64,000 nt of DNA, from contig JAFGXQ010000045.1 in assembly GCA_016936575.1 (NCBI GenBank), positions 70,664 through 134,663 of the forward strand, given 5' to 3'. This document shows positions 37,441-47,201 of this stretch, in pieces (the first letter of the stretch is position 1; every line of letters starts with the position of its first letter). The position numbers and the translations under genes are program-made. Below the pieces are notes generated by a model that saw nothing but the letters and a program-made list of their open reading frames with translations, ran no database searches and was not told the DNA's origin. This stretch comes from Deltaproteobacteria bacterium (lineage in GTDB: Bacteria; Myxococcota_A; Polyangia; JAAYKL01).

Positions 37441-39036
37441 ATGAAAAAAATACTAGCATTTGTATTTGTTGCGGCTTCTGTAGCCATGTTCGCCGTGGGT
37501 TGCGGCCCGAAAAAAAATGGTGGAGATTCGAAACCGGCAGAAGTAAAAGAAGAAGTGACCATCGACCTCTTCGTGATGTCTCAATGCCCCTATGGTGTTC
37601 AAGCAGTTGACGGATTTTATCCGTTACTGGAGAAGTTCGGCGGTCAGGTCGGCCTTAATGTAAATTATATCGGACAGAAAAAACCCGATGGTTCTCTCTC
37701 CAGTATGCACGGAGAAAAAGAAGTTCAGGGTGATATCAGTCAACTCTGCGCCAAAGAGATCGCGCCTTCAAAAAAAGAATACTGGGCATACATGACCTGC
37801 GTGAACGAAAAATGGCGGGAAATCCCCCAACACGATGCAGAATGCGCCACAACCGCCAAACTCGATGCCGCCAAATTCAAAGCATGCACAGAAGGCGAAC
37901 AAGGCAAAAAACTGCTTTCTGCCAGCTTTGACTTGGCCAAAACCAAAGGCGCCACCGGCAGCCCCTCAATCTTCATCGGTGAAGAGCGCTACAGCGGAAA
38001 TCGTTCCGACAAAGCGTTGGAGCAGTACATCTGCAATAAATTCGGCAAAGAAAAAGGTCTGAATTACTGCAATAACATGGAGCCTCCGGCAGAAGTGAAA
38101 CTGATTGCCATCACCGACAAGCGCTGCGGCGCGCCCTGCGACACCAGCAAAATGATCCAGAGCCTCAACGGTATCTTCATGGGCCTCAAACCCACCGTTA
38201 TGGATTGGTCCGACGCAGAAGCACAGAAAATCGCAAAAGCCGCCAATGTTACCAAACTTCCCGCCCTGCTGTTCGACGGCAGTGTTGAAAAAGACGATGG
38301 TGGATTCAAACACATGCAGCGCTGGCTCACCAAAACCGGCGACTACTATTTGGTTAAAGTAAAAGCCGATTTCGACCCCAATGCTGAAATCTGTGACAAC
38401 AAAAAAGATGACACCGGCAACGGTCTGGTCGATTGCGATGACGAGAGCTGCAAAAACACCCTCACCTGCCGTCCCCAGACTGAGAAAACCCTCGAAGTGT
38501 TCGTAATGAGCCAATGCCCCTTCGGCGCCATGGCCGTAAATGCGATGGGCGAGGTTCTCGAGGCATTCGGCAGCGACATGGACTTCCAGCTCCATTTCAT
38601 CGGCAACATGGCCGGGGACAAAATCTCCTCCATGCACGGTCAATCGGAAGTGGATGAAAATATTCGTTGGGCATGTGCGAAAAAACTGTATCCCAACAAC
38701 AACGATTACCTGAAATACGTATGGTGTCGTGCGGAAGACTACAAAAACCCCGATTGGAAAAAATGTGCGACCGGCCCCATCAAGGCCGCCGCCATCGAGA
38801 AATGCTTTAACGAAGAAGGCACTGAGCTGCTGAAAGAAGATATCGCGATTGCCAACGGTCTGGGCATCGGCGCCAGCCCCACCTGGATTGTAAACGGCAC
38901 CACCAAATTCAGCGGTGTAACCCCCAAAGCGATTCAGGACAACTTCTGCAAAGCCAATGCCGGCCTCAAAGGCTGTGATAAACCGCTTTCCAATGATCGC
39001 GCCAGCAAGGCACCGGCCGGTTCCTGTGGCGGTTGA
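37441..39036 (+). CDS. Lipoprotein with two tandem thioredoxin-fold GILT/DsbA-like domains
   Basis: Lipobox FAVGCG. Duplicated module (DLFVMSQCPYGVQAV...SSMHGEKEVQGD...C and EVFVMSQCPFGAMAV...SSMHGQSEVDEN...C). The layout resembles the GILT family (..LVPYGNA...CQHGEEEC..). Confidence 0.4.
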   Translation: MKKILAFVFVAASVAMFAVGCGPKKNGGDSKPAEVKEEVTIDLFVMSQCPYGVQAVDGFYPLLEKFGGQVGLNVNYIGQKKPDGSLSSMHGEKEVQGDISQLCAKEIAPSKKEYWAYMTCVNEKWREIPQHDAECATTAKLDAAKFKACTEGEQGKKLLSASFDLAKTKGATGSPSIFIGEERYSGNRSDKALEQYICNKFGKEKGLNYCNNMEPPAEVKLIAITDKRCGAPCDTSKMIQSLNGIFMGLKPTVMDWSDAEAQKIAKAANVTKLPALLFDGSVEKDDGGFKHMQRWLTKTGDYYLVKVKADFDPNAEICDNKKDDTGNGLVDCDDESCKNTLTCRPQTEKTLEVFVMSQCPFGAMAVNAMGEVLEAFGSDMDFQLHFIGNMAGDKISSMHGQSEVDENIRWACAKKLYPNNNDYLKYVWCRAEDYKNPDWKKCATGPIKAAAIEKCFNEEGTELLKEDIAIANGLGIGASPTWIVNGTTKFSGVTPKAIQDNFCKANAGLKGCDKPLSNDRASKAPAGSCGG

Positions 39037-39200
39037 TATTGACCGTCCGATAGCTTCGCGGCGATTCCCTCGCCTCCCGCTCTCCACAGCAACTTGATAT
39101 CCGCCGATTAAACCTGTCGTTTTTAACTGATATTTGCACTGGTTTATGTTTAAACCAACATGAATCCTTTGTAACAGCATATGCATGAACTGGAGACGTT

Positions 39201-39959
39201 ATGACCAACCGAAACGACATCGTATCATTTTTAGACGACTATCTGGCAATCAACCAAATCAGCGATAAATCAATGAACGGCCTACAAGTGGAAGGTGCGA
39301 CCGAAATTACCAAAGTGGCCCTGGCAACAGACGCGGCTCTGGCCACCTATGAGAAAGCATCCGCTCAACACGCGGAGATGCTTATTGTTCATCACGGTTT
39401 TATATGGGGCGGAATCAGATACATTACCGGCCGCAATTTTGAGCACATCAAGTATCTAATAAACAACGATTTAAATCTTTACGCGGCGCATCTGCCGTTG
39501 GACATGCATCCGGAAGTCGGAAACAACGCGCTGCTGGCAAACATGGTCGGATTGAAACGAATCAAACCGTTTGGCGAATATATGGGTACGAGTGTGGGGT
39601 TTGCGGGATTGCTGCCGGAGCCCATGTCACTTGCCCAATTAGAAACGCTGTACTCCACCAAACTGAATACCACCGCGCAGACCATTGCATTCGGACCTGA
39701 CCAGATTTCATCGGTGGCAATCGTTTCAGGCGGTGGTGCTTCCACGTTGGGCGAGGCGATAGCGAAGGGTTTTGACTGTTTGATAACGGGCGAAGGTTCG
39801 CACGACAAATATCACGAAGCCCGAGAAGGAAACATTCACCTGATGTATTTGGGGCACTACAAAACAGAAACCTGCGGTGTCATCGCCCTGGGTGATAAAT
39901 TGAAAGAAGAGTTTCCAAAGCTGGAAACCGTATTTATTGACGAGCCGACCGGATATTAA
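39201..39959 (+). CDS. Nif3-family dinuclear metal-centre protein (YqfO/YbgI-like)
   Basis: N-terminal ...DKSMNGLQV..., MLIVHHGFIW, and C-terminal GHYKTETCGV, all typical of NIF3. Confidence 0.6.
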   Translation: MTNRNDIVSFLDDYLAINQISDKSMNGLQVEGATEITKVALATDAALATYEKASAQHAEMLIVHHGFIWGGIRYITGRNFEHIKYLINNDLNLYAAHLPLDMHPEVGNNALLANMVGLKRIKPFGEYMGTSVGFAGLLPEPMSLAQLETLYSTKLNTTAQTIAFGPDQISSVAIVSGGGASTLGEAIAKGFDCLITGEGSHDKYHEAREGNIHLMYLGHYKTETCGVIALGDKLKEEFPKLETVFIDEPTGY

Positions 39960-40150
39960 CAGGCTCCCCCCTGCCCTCGCATACAATTCACCGTTTATTA
40001 ATGAATTTCGCCCAATAGACATCCCGCGCTGCAAACCGTCAATCGCCCGATTCCCTGAACAATTTCACCATTCCACTTGTGCAGCCGCGGCTGAAGCGTA
40101 AAAAAAAACGTCGCGACCCATGCGACCTACACTGTCATCTTGCCCGGAAA

Positions 40151-40259
40151 CCGTAGCGACACACGTGACCTCATCGTGATCTCCAAAAATATCCGTGGTG
40201 ACACACGTGACCCCATCGTTATTTTTCACTAAAATTATCGTGGCACATGTACCCCCTCC
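40151..40259. repeat. Intergenic imperfect direct repeats (~30 nt, 2.5 copies, 42-nt period), each carrying a CACGTG core
   Basis: ccgtagcgacacacgtgacctcatcgtgat (40151..40180), ccgtggtgacacacgtgaccccatcgttat (40193..40222) and a degenerate third copy atcgtggcacatgtaccccctcc (40237..40259). They lie between the convergent Nif3 and meaB genes. Confidence 0.6.
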
Positions 40260-40364
40260 ATTCATTCCACAGAAAAATGGTAGGACAAGCGGTAAAACAC
40301 CGTTATTTTCATATTAAAAGTCAAACGCTGAGAATGACATTGAAGGGCGAAGGATATTTCGTCT

Positions 40365-41369
40365 TTACTCGGTTTTCCATGCCGCGAGAATTGTTTGAAT
40401 AGCCTCGACGAGGGTTGTTTTGCCGGAAAGAAAAGCATCTTCTGTAGCGGAAAGGGCTTGCTTGACATTGTCATCGGCAAAAAAACGGGCCTGCAGTTGC
40501 GAGGCCAGACGCAACCGCAGCCATTGGCGTTGCTGTTTTTGACGGCGGTCAGTGAATGTGCCGCGGGATGTAGTGGCTTCAACGAACTGCTGCACAACTG
40601 CCCATGCGGTTTCCATACCGCTATGTTCAAGCGCTGAGCACACATCCACCGACGTTTTCCAACCCGACGTCGCAGCGCGCATAAACTCAATGGATTGCTG
40701 ATATTCGTTACGTGCGGCATCGGCTGACATGCGGTTTTCGCCGTCGGCTTTGTTGATTAGAATGTGATCAGCCAATTCCATAATTCCGCGCTTCATTCCC
40801 TGCAGATTGTCTCCCGCATTCGGTAACATAAGCAGTAAAAAGAAATCCACCAAATCCCGCACGGTCACTTCGTTCTGCCCAACCCCTACCGTCTCTACCA
40901 GAACCACATCAAACCCCGCAGCCTCACACAATAAAATGGTCTCTGTGGTGTTGGCCGCCACTCCCCCCAATGCACCCTTTGATGGAACCGGGCGAATAAA
41001 ACAATCCCGATTCCGCACCAGTGTTTCCATACGCGTCTTATCACCGAGAATTGAACCGCCCGAAATCGAGCTGCTTGGGTCTACCGCAATCACGGCTACT
41101 TTTTTTCCAATCGACAAGAGGTAACTACCGAATGCTTCGATAAACGTGCTCTTTCCCACTCCAGGTACACCGGTGATTCCAATGCGCACAGTGTTTCGCG
41201 GCACAGACACAAATCGACCCAACAATTCACCCGCCAGCTCCATGTGGTCCAGATGACTGCTTTCCACCAATGTGATGGCGCGCCCCAGCGCTGTGCGATC
41301 GCCTTCAAGAACGCCTTGCACCAGCTGTTCAATAGATAACGACGGTCGCTTCGCAGAGGGGAAGGTCAT
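40365..41369 (-). CDS. meaB: Methylmalonyl-CoA mutase-associated GTPase MeaB/ArgK
   Basis: P-loop GITGVPGVGKST, NKAD guanine-specificity motif (ILINKADG), and position directly downstream of the mutase genes. Confidence 0.75.
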   Translation of the reverse strand: MTFPSAKRPSLSIEQLVQGVLEGDRTALGRAITLVESSHLDHMELAGELLGRFVSVPRNTVRIGITGVPGVGKSTFIEAFGSYLLSIGKKVAVIAVDPSSSISGGSILGDKTRMETLVRNRDCFIRPVPSKGALGGVAANTTETILLCEAAGFDVVLVETVGVGQNEVTVRDLVDFFLLLMLPNAGDNLQGMKRGIMELADHILINKADGENRMSADAARNEYQQSIEFMRAATSGWKTSVDVCSALEHSGMETAWAVVQQFVEATTSRGTFTDRRQKQQRQWLRLRLASQLQARFFADDNVKQALSATEDAFLSGKTTLVEAIQTILAAWKTE

Positions 41370-41373
41370 CGGC

Positions 41374-43551
41374 TCACTCGTGCCCGAGGCGTTGTGACAG
41401 ACTGGCAAGAATTTTCAATGCGGCATTAGGGATCACGGTTCCCGGGCCGAACACTTCAGCAGCGCCGTTGTCTTTCAAGAACGCCACATCGGCAGGCGGA
41501 ATCACGCCGCCGGCAATGATCATGATGTCTTCGCGTTGGTACCGCTTCAGTTCCTCCACCAGAGCAGTCAGTAAGGTCTTGTGTCCTCCAGCCAAAGAGC
41601 TCATCCCAATCACATGCACATCGTTTTCAACTGCCTGCTGTGCGGTTTCTGCCGGTGTCTGAAACAGAATACCCACGTCCACATCAAATCCGAAATCCGC
41701 GAAGGCTGTTGCGATTACTTTGGCACCGCGATCATGTCCGTCCTGCCCCATCTTTGCCACCAGCAACCTCGGACGACGCCCCTCCTGTACTTCAAATGCT
41801 TCGACGCTACTGCGGATACGATCAATCACTTCTTTTTCCATAAACTCTCCTCCATACACCCCTTTTACTGCCTGTACCTGCGCCTGATGACGTCCAAACA
41901 CTTTCTCCATCGCACCGGTAATCTCGCCCAGCGTCGCCCGCGCCCGGGCTGCAGCAACACTTAATTCAAGTAAATTTCCATCACTCGACTCCGCACAACG
42001 GGTAATGGCCGAAAGCGCATCTTCCACGGCCTGTGCATCACGTTGTGCACGCAGCTGCTTCAATCGCGCCACCTGAGCGTCCCGCACTTCGGTGTTGTCG
42101 ACCTCCAGGCTTTCAATTTCTTCTTCCTCTTCAAGCGAATATAGATTCACGCCAACGATGGGTTCCACTCCGCTGTCGATGCGTGCCTGCCGCCGTGCCG
42201 CCGCCTCTTCGATGCGCATTTTGGGCACGCCGGTCTCAATCGCCTTGGCCATGCCGCCCAGCTTCTCGATTTCAACAATGTGCCGCCACGCCTGTTTCAT
42301 AATTTGATCGGTCAGGTATTCCACATAGTACGAACCGCCGAAGGGATCTACCGTGTTGCAGATACCGGTCTCTTCCTGCAGGTACAACTGTGTGTTTCGC
42401 GCGATACGCGCAGATCGTTCTGTCGGTAGCGAAAGCGCTTCATCGAGTGAATTGGTATGCAGTGACTGCGTTCCGCCGAATGCCGCCGCCATGGCCTCCA
42501 CACAGGTCCTCGCGATATTGTTGTATGGGTCCTGAGCAGTCAAACTCCAGCCCGATGTTTGAGTATGGGTGCGCAATGCCATCGATTTCGGATTTCGTGC
42601 CCCCAAAGACTTCACCAATTTTGCCCACAGTACCCGTGCGGCGCGCATTTTGGCAATCTCCAGAAAAAAATCTTTTCCCGTGGCCCAGAAAAACGAAATA
42701 CGCGGTGCAAACACATCAATATCAACCCCGGCTTGAATGCCGGTGCGCAGATATTCCAGCCCGTCGGCCAAGGTGTACGCCATTTCTAAATCGGGCGTGG
42801 CACCCGCTTCCTGCATATGATACCCGGATACCGAAATATTGTTGAATTTAGGCATGTATGCCGACGTGTACTTAAAAATGTCGGCGATAATTCTCATGGA
42901 CGGCGCGGGAGGATAAATATACGTATTTCGTACCATGTACTCTTTTAAGATATCGTTCTGAATTGTGCCGGTCAGCTGTTCGAGCGCCACCCCCTGCTCC
43001 ATGGCTGCCACAATATAAAACGCCATAATGGGCAGAACCGCCCCGTTCATGGTCATCGACACACTCATGCGATCGAGTGGAATCTGATCGAACAAAATAT
43101 TCATGTCCAAAATTGAATCGACCGCCACCCCGGCTTTTCCCACATCGCTGATCACCCGCTCATGCTCGGAATCGTAGCCGCGGTGCGTGGCCAAATCGAA
43201 TGCAATGGACAGCCCCATCTGCCCGGCGGCGAGATTCTTTTTGTAAAATTCGTTACTTTTTTCGGCGGTTGAAAAACCGGCATATTGCCGCACTGTCCAA
43301 GGCCGAGTGACGTACATCGAGGCATACGGTCCCCTTAAATACGGAGGAATTCCCGCAGTGAACCCCAGGTGAGAAATACCGGTGATATCATTCTGAGAAA
43401 ATATTTTTCGCTCATTCTCCCCTTCCTCCGTCGAAGTGGAAAATCCGACGACTGTTTCTTTCGTGACCGTTTGCATCGCTTTTTTTAATGACGCATACGA
43501 AATACCGGAAAGCGCTGTGCGCGAAGTTGACCTACTCATGGACGCCTCCAT
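41374..43551 (-). CDS. mutB: Methylmalonyl-CoA mutase large (alpha) subunit with C-terminal B12-binding domain
   Basis: Length and TIM-barrel region motifs. C-terminal cobalamin-binding motif ([23 protein letters not shown]...[10 protein letters not shown]). Start trimmed to the internal Met to limit overlap with mutA. Confidence 0.75.
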   Translation of the reverse strand: MEASMSRSTSRTALSGISYASLKKAMQTVTKETVVGFSTSTEEGENERKIFSQNDITGISHLGFTAGIPPYLRGPYASMYVTRPWTVRQYAGFSTAEKSNEFYKKNLAAGQMGLSIAFDLATHRGYDSEHERVISDVGKAGVAVDSILDMNILFDQIPLDRMSVSMTMNGAVLPIMAFYIVAAMEQGVALEQLTGTIQNDILKEYMVRNTYIYPPAPSMRIIADIFKYTSAYMPKFNNISVSGYHMQEAGATPDLEMAYTLADGLEYLRTGIQAGVDIDVFAPRISFFWATGKDFFLEIAKMRAARVLWAKLVKSLGARNPKSMALRTHTQTSGWSLTAQDPYNNIARTCVEAMAAAFGGTQSLHTNSLDEALSLPTERSARIARNTQLYLQEETGICNTVDPFGGSYYVEYLTDQIMKQAWRHIVEIEKLGGMAKAIETGVPKMRIEEAAARRQARIDSGVEPIVGVNLYSLEEEEEIESLEVDNTEVRDAQVARLKQLRAQRDAQAVEDALSAITRCAESSDGNLLELSVAAARARATLGEITGAMEKVFGRHQAQVQAVKGVYGGEFMEKEVIDRIRSSVEAFEVQEGRRPRLLVAKMGQDGHDRGAKVIATAFADFGFDVDVGILFQTPAETAQQAVENDVHVIGMSSLAGGHKTLLTALVEELKRYQREDIMIIAGGVIPPADVAFLKDNGAAEVFGPGTVIPNAALKILASLSQRLGHE

Positions 43552-45646
43552 TCTCGTCAGCGGCCCCTTCTCCGCAAATCCTGTGTACCAGTTGCGACAA
43601 CAGTTCATAATGATCCGACCCCAAATAAATGAAGTGCTTCATTCCCGCGTCGCGTAACGCCGACTCCAACGCCCCGGGGCGGCCGGCCAACACCAACTCC
43701 GCGTTGCTTTTCTTTTTCAACTCGGTGGCCAGCAAAACAGCCGATTCGGCATAGGCTTCGTCAGTCGAACATAATACAAACACATGCGCCGTCATCGATA
43801 CGGCGGCATCCACCAGAGCAGATACCTCGTCGCAAGCGGCCGATTCAATTATCCTGAACCCGGCGGCATTGAAAAACGACCTCGAAAAATCCGTCCGCGG
43901 CTTGCTCTGCCGCAGTGTTCCCAGGCGCAACAATCCGACAGTGCAAGGCTCCAGCGATGTCTCCGCAAAGATTCGAACCCGACGGCGAAGCTGTTCATAG
44001 GCATACGTCAGTCTCCGCTTCGGAATCGGAGACACCTTTACCGGTTCCCCTTGCTTCACCGCGTGGTTTACTTCACTAAAAATTGCCCCGGATTGAAGCG
44101 CATTAACCGCAACCGCAATTACATTGTCATCATCGAGGGACAATCCAATCGAATGGCTCTGCCGAACAGAACCATCAACCTTCGCCCGCGCTGCATCTCG
44201 GGCAGGGACCTTCTCATATGCATTATCCGCCGCATCAAACGCCACAAAATCATTTACACCGATCATTTTTCGCTTTCGACGATTCAACGCTGACTGCTGA
44301 GTATTCCATGTCTCAGCGATTGCTGCCTGAACATATTCATTTTTCAGCGCGGCAACGATGCCGCCTTCTTTATCAATTTGCCCCACGCGGCGCCATGCGG
44401 CTTCCGCGATGGCATCTGTCAGGTACTCCACATAATAACTTCCACCACATGGGTCTGCCACATCGCCGAGCTTGCACTCCTGCTGCAGTACTACCTGAGT
44501 ATTTCGCGCAATCCGCTGCGCGAAAGCCCCACCGCCGAACCAGGATTCATCAAACGGTGCGGTATGCACACTTCTCGCGCCGCCCAACGCACCGCTCATG
44601 GTTGCGGTTATGCCCCTCAACGTATTTATCAACGGTTCATCCACCGAAGCATAAAAACGCGATGTACGCGCACGAATAACAATGTCATCCGGAACCTCTC
44701 CCCCCAACGATTTCACCAGCCCGGCGAATAACAGCCTCAATGCCCGTTGTTTGGCAATGTCTTCAAAGAAATCGCCTCCCACCGACAACTGAAACACCAT
44801 CTGGCCAGCAGCAGCATTCAATGAAATTCCACGCTCCGACAACGCTGCCAGATAGGCCGCGGCTTCACTAAGGCAGCATGCCAGTTCCATAGAAGCGCTG
44901 CTTCCACCTGCCTGATATACGGTGCCGTCGATTAGAATCACGCGGAGCCGTGGTGTCACTTCTTCTGCCCAGCGAATCAATACCGCGGTCTCATCGAACA
45001 GCGCGGTTTCGTCACACGGCACAGTTCCCGTCGCAGCCAATTGACTCAAGGGCGAAAACCCGAGTCCACCAGCCAGTTCGCCTGGTTCGCGCTGATGCAT
45101 AAGACAAACCGCGTGCAACAGAGAGGCGGCAGCGATTCCCGCACTTTGACAATACAACCGAATCGGCAAATTAAATAATTCTGCCGGCAGCGCTTCAGCC
45201 ATATCGCTGACAGTTTGAATGGAAACACCGACATCAGCAGTCTGGTCGGACACATCAACTCCGGCTGCCGACGATTGCTCCAACACCAATTGAATTTCAG
45301 TCAATCCAACAGCCAAATCTTTTTTTACCTGAGCCGCAAACGACGCGGGCGAGGCACATTGGTAGACCTGACCGATGTGCCAGTGCTCATGCTCAGCCTG
45401 ACCGTGTCTTCGTCCCGTACGCACAACAGAAGGGGCCGTCTGTTCAACCGCCTGATTTTCTTCAGTAAATATTGAATCCAGCGTTATTCCATCGAGATTG
45501 GTCCGTACAAGTAATTTATCGTATGGAGCCCCTTTCAGACCCTTTGTTACGGCGTCTTTCCATTCTGAGAAAGTCGACCTGGCAAAAGAGGTTATATTTG
45601 GTTCGGTTTCATTTTCTGCAATTGGTTTTAAATGTTTCAGTGTCAT
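43532..45646 (-). CDS. mutA: Methylmalonyl-CoA mutase small (beta) subunit-like protein
   Basis: About 700-aa mutase-fold protein lacking the canonical B12 His motif, immediately upstream of mutB with overlapping ends. Start placed at MTLKHLKP. Confidence 0.6.
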   Translation of the reverse strand: MTLKHLKPIAENETEPNITSFARSTFSEWKDAVTKGLKGAPYDKLLVRTNLDGITLDSIFTEENQAVEQTAPSVVRTGRRHGQAEHEHWHIGQVYQCASPASFAAQVKKDLAVGLTEIQLVLEQSSAAGVDVSDQTADVGVSIQTVSDMAEALPAELFNLPIRLYCQSAGIAAASLLHAVCLMHQREPGELAGGLGFSPLSQLAATGTVPCDETALFDETAVLIRWAEEVTPRLRVILIDGTVYQAGGSSASMELACCLSEAAAYLAALSERGISLNAAAGQMVFQLSVGGDFFEDIAKQRALRLLFAGLVKSLGGEVPDDIVIRARTSRFYASVDEPLINTLRGITATMSGALGGARSVHTAPFDESWFGGGAFAQRIARNTQVVLQQECKLGDVADPCGGSYYVEYLTDAIAEAAWRRVGQIDKEGGIVAALKNEYVQAAIAETWNTQQSALNRRKRKMIGVNDFVAFDAADNAYEKVPARDAARAKVDGSVRQSHSIGLSLDDDNVIAVAVNALQSGAIFSEVNHAVKQGEPVKVSPIPKRRLTYAYEQLRRRVRIFAETSLEPCTVGLLRLGTLRQSKPRTDFSRSFFNAAGFRIIESAACDEVSALVDAAVSMTAHVFVLCSTDEAYAESAVLLATELKKKSNAELVLAGRPGALESALRDAGMKHFIYLGSDHYELLSQLVHRICGEGAADENGGVHE

Positions 45647-45820
45647 CGTTCTTTCTTCTATCGAAAAACAGAAAAATTGGAACTCACATAACACCTATTC
45701 CGCGCTGTGTTGTCAATTCTACAATGATGTGCTATTCGAGTTTTTATGAAGTTTTTTAATTTGACTGCACATAAAAAACGCCTACGTTAATGGGTAAATG
45801 ACTTTCAATGGAGCGAGAAT

Positions 45821-46735
45821 TTGAGTTTCGAACACCTAACTCCAACCGAAGTACCTGAAGCGATCGAATCTATTGCATCTTCTCGCATCATCCGTGCCGG
45901 AGCCGACAGATTACAGGGACAAATCCTGAACGGCAAGTATCGTCTCACATCCATTCTCTCCAAGGGCGGTGCGGGATCGGTGTACCTCGCCAGAAACGTG
46001 GAATCCGGTTCACTCGTTGCCATTAAAATACTTCGTTCCGATCTCAATCTGGTTCCCCGGGTTCGAGAACGGTTCCTGACGGAATCCAGAGCCGCTGCCC
46101 GTATTCGACACCCTGCAGTGGTACACGCCATCGAGTTGGGAGAAACCGCGGAAGGGGCACTCTTTTTCGTAATGGATTACGTTCCCGGCCCCCCACTTCG
46201 CAAGCTGCTGAATAGTCATACACTGACCATACAACAATCTGTTTTGATTGCTGCGGCAACCGCAGAAGGATTGAAAGCAGCTCATACTCAGGATGTTGTA
46301 CACCGCGACTTGAAACCGGAAAACATTTTAATTCCCCGAAACAAAAACGCCGGAAGCGTGGTAAAAATCGTCGATTTCGGCATTGCCAGGCTTCTGAATA
46401 CCCCGCGTATCACCACCACAGAACACATTCTGGGAACACCCAGCTATCTGTCGCCCGAACAGGCCGAAGGCCTAAGCATCGATCGTCGAACAGACATCTA
46501 TTCGCTGGGCATCATCATGTACGAAATGCTGACCGGTAGCGTACCATTTCAGGGCGATACCACCGAAGAACTGCTTGATGCACAGATACGGCGAATTCCC
46601 ACCCCCATACACAATCGAGTATTGAAACCCCTTCCTCACCCCCTTGAACAGCTCGTCATGGGATGTCTGCAGAAAAATCCGGACCACCGCCCCAACAGCA
46701 TGGACGAAGTATTGGCCATTCTTTCGATTGTGTAA
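45821..46735 (+). CDS. Eukaryotic-type Ser/Thr protein kinase (kinase domain only)
   Basis: GGAGSVYLA (Gly loop), AIKIL (VAIK Lys), HRDLKPENILI (catalytic loop), DFGIA (DFG) and SPE-like motifs. Confidence 0.8.
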   Translation: MSFEHLTPTEVPEAIESIASSRIIRAGADRLQGQILNGKYRLTSILSKGGAGSVYLARNVESGSLVAIKILRSDLNLVPRVRERFLTESRAAARIRHPAVVHAIELGETAEGALFFVMDYVPGPPLRKLLNSHTLTIQQSVLIAAATAEGLKAAHTQDVVHRDLKPENILIPRNKNAGSVVKIVDFGIARLLNTPRITTTEHILGTPSYLSPEQAEGLSIDRRTDIYSLGIIMYEMLTGSVPFQGDTTEELLDAQIRRIPTPIHNRVLKPLPHPLEQLVMGCLQKNPDHRPNSMDEVLAILSIV

Positions 46736-46749
46736 TGTTCAAAGCGAAC

Positions 46750-47139
46750 TCATTCGGCGGACTTGTTTAGGATTTGTTCAATTTTTTCTACGTAGGTATT
46801 CAATTCGAAGACCGGCTTTTTCAATACATTGGTGTCCTGGATACCCAATTTTTGCAATGGGGCACTCACTCGATAATCCAATGTTCCGGTTTGGATAAGA
46901 AATTTCATGTGACCGCATATTTCATGTGCAGCCAGCATGAAATCCTCACCATTCATCTCGGGCATACGAATATCGACGACAGCAATATCAAAGCACGCAC
47001 CCGATTTCAGCAATTGCAGTGCGGAAATCGCACTTTCAGCGGTCTGTACTTCAAAGTCGCAGTCTTCTAAATACTGTTCAAGGCTGTCTCGGACAACCGC
47101 TTCGTCGTCCACTACAAGTATGCGTTTTTCTTCTGTCAT
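46750..47139 (-). CDS. Stand-alone response-regulator receiver (CheY-like) domain protein
   Basis: ILVVDDEAVVRDSL..., phospho-acceptor Asp in DIAVVDIRMPEMNG, and the K in VLKKP. Confidence 0.75.
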   Translation of the reverse strand: MTEEKRILVVDDEAVVRDSLEQYLEDCDFEVQTAESAISALQLLKSGACFDIAVVDIRMPEMNGEDFMLAAHEICGHMKFLIQTGTLDYRVSAPLQKLGIQDTNVLKKPVFELNTYVEKIEQILNKSAE

Positions 47140-47201
47140 ATTTTCTCATCCCCCGGATTCGCAATAATCCATTGATTGCGTTTATTTCACATAAATAATC
47201 C

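Noticed and set aside
40065-40265. 66-aa minus-strand ORF with internal DGVTCVTT/DEVTCVAT repeat
   Set aside because: It simply translates the intergenic DNA direct repeats. It lies in a convergent terminator region and has no RBS or codon bias.
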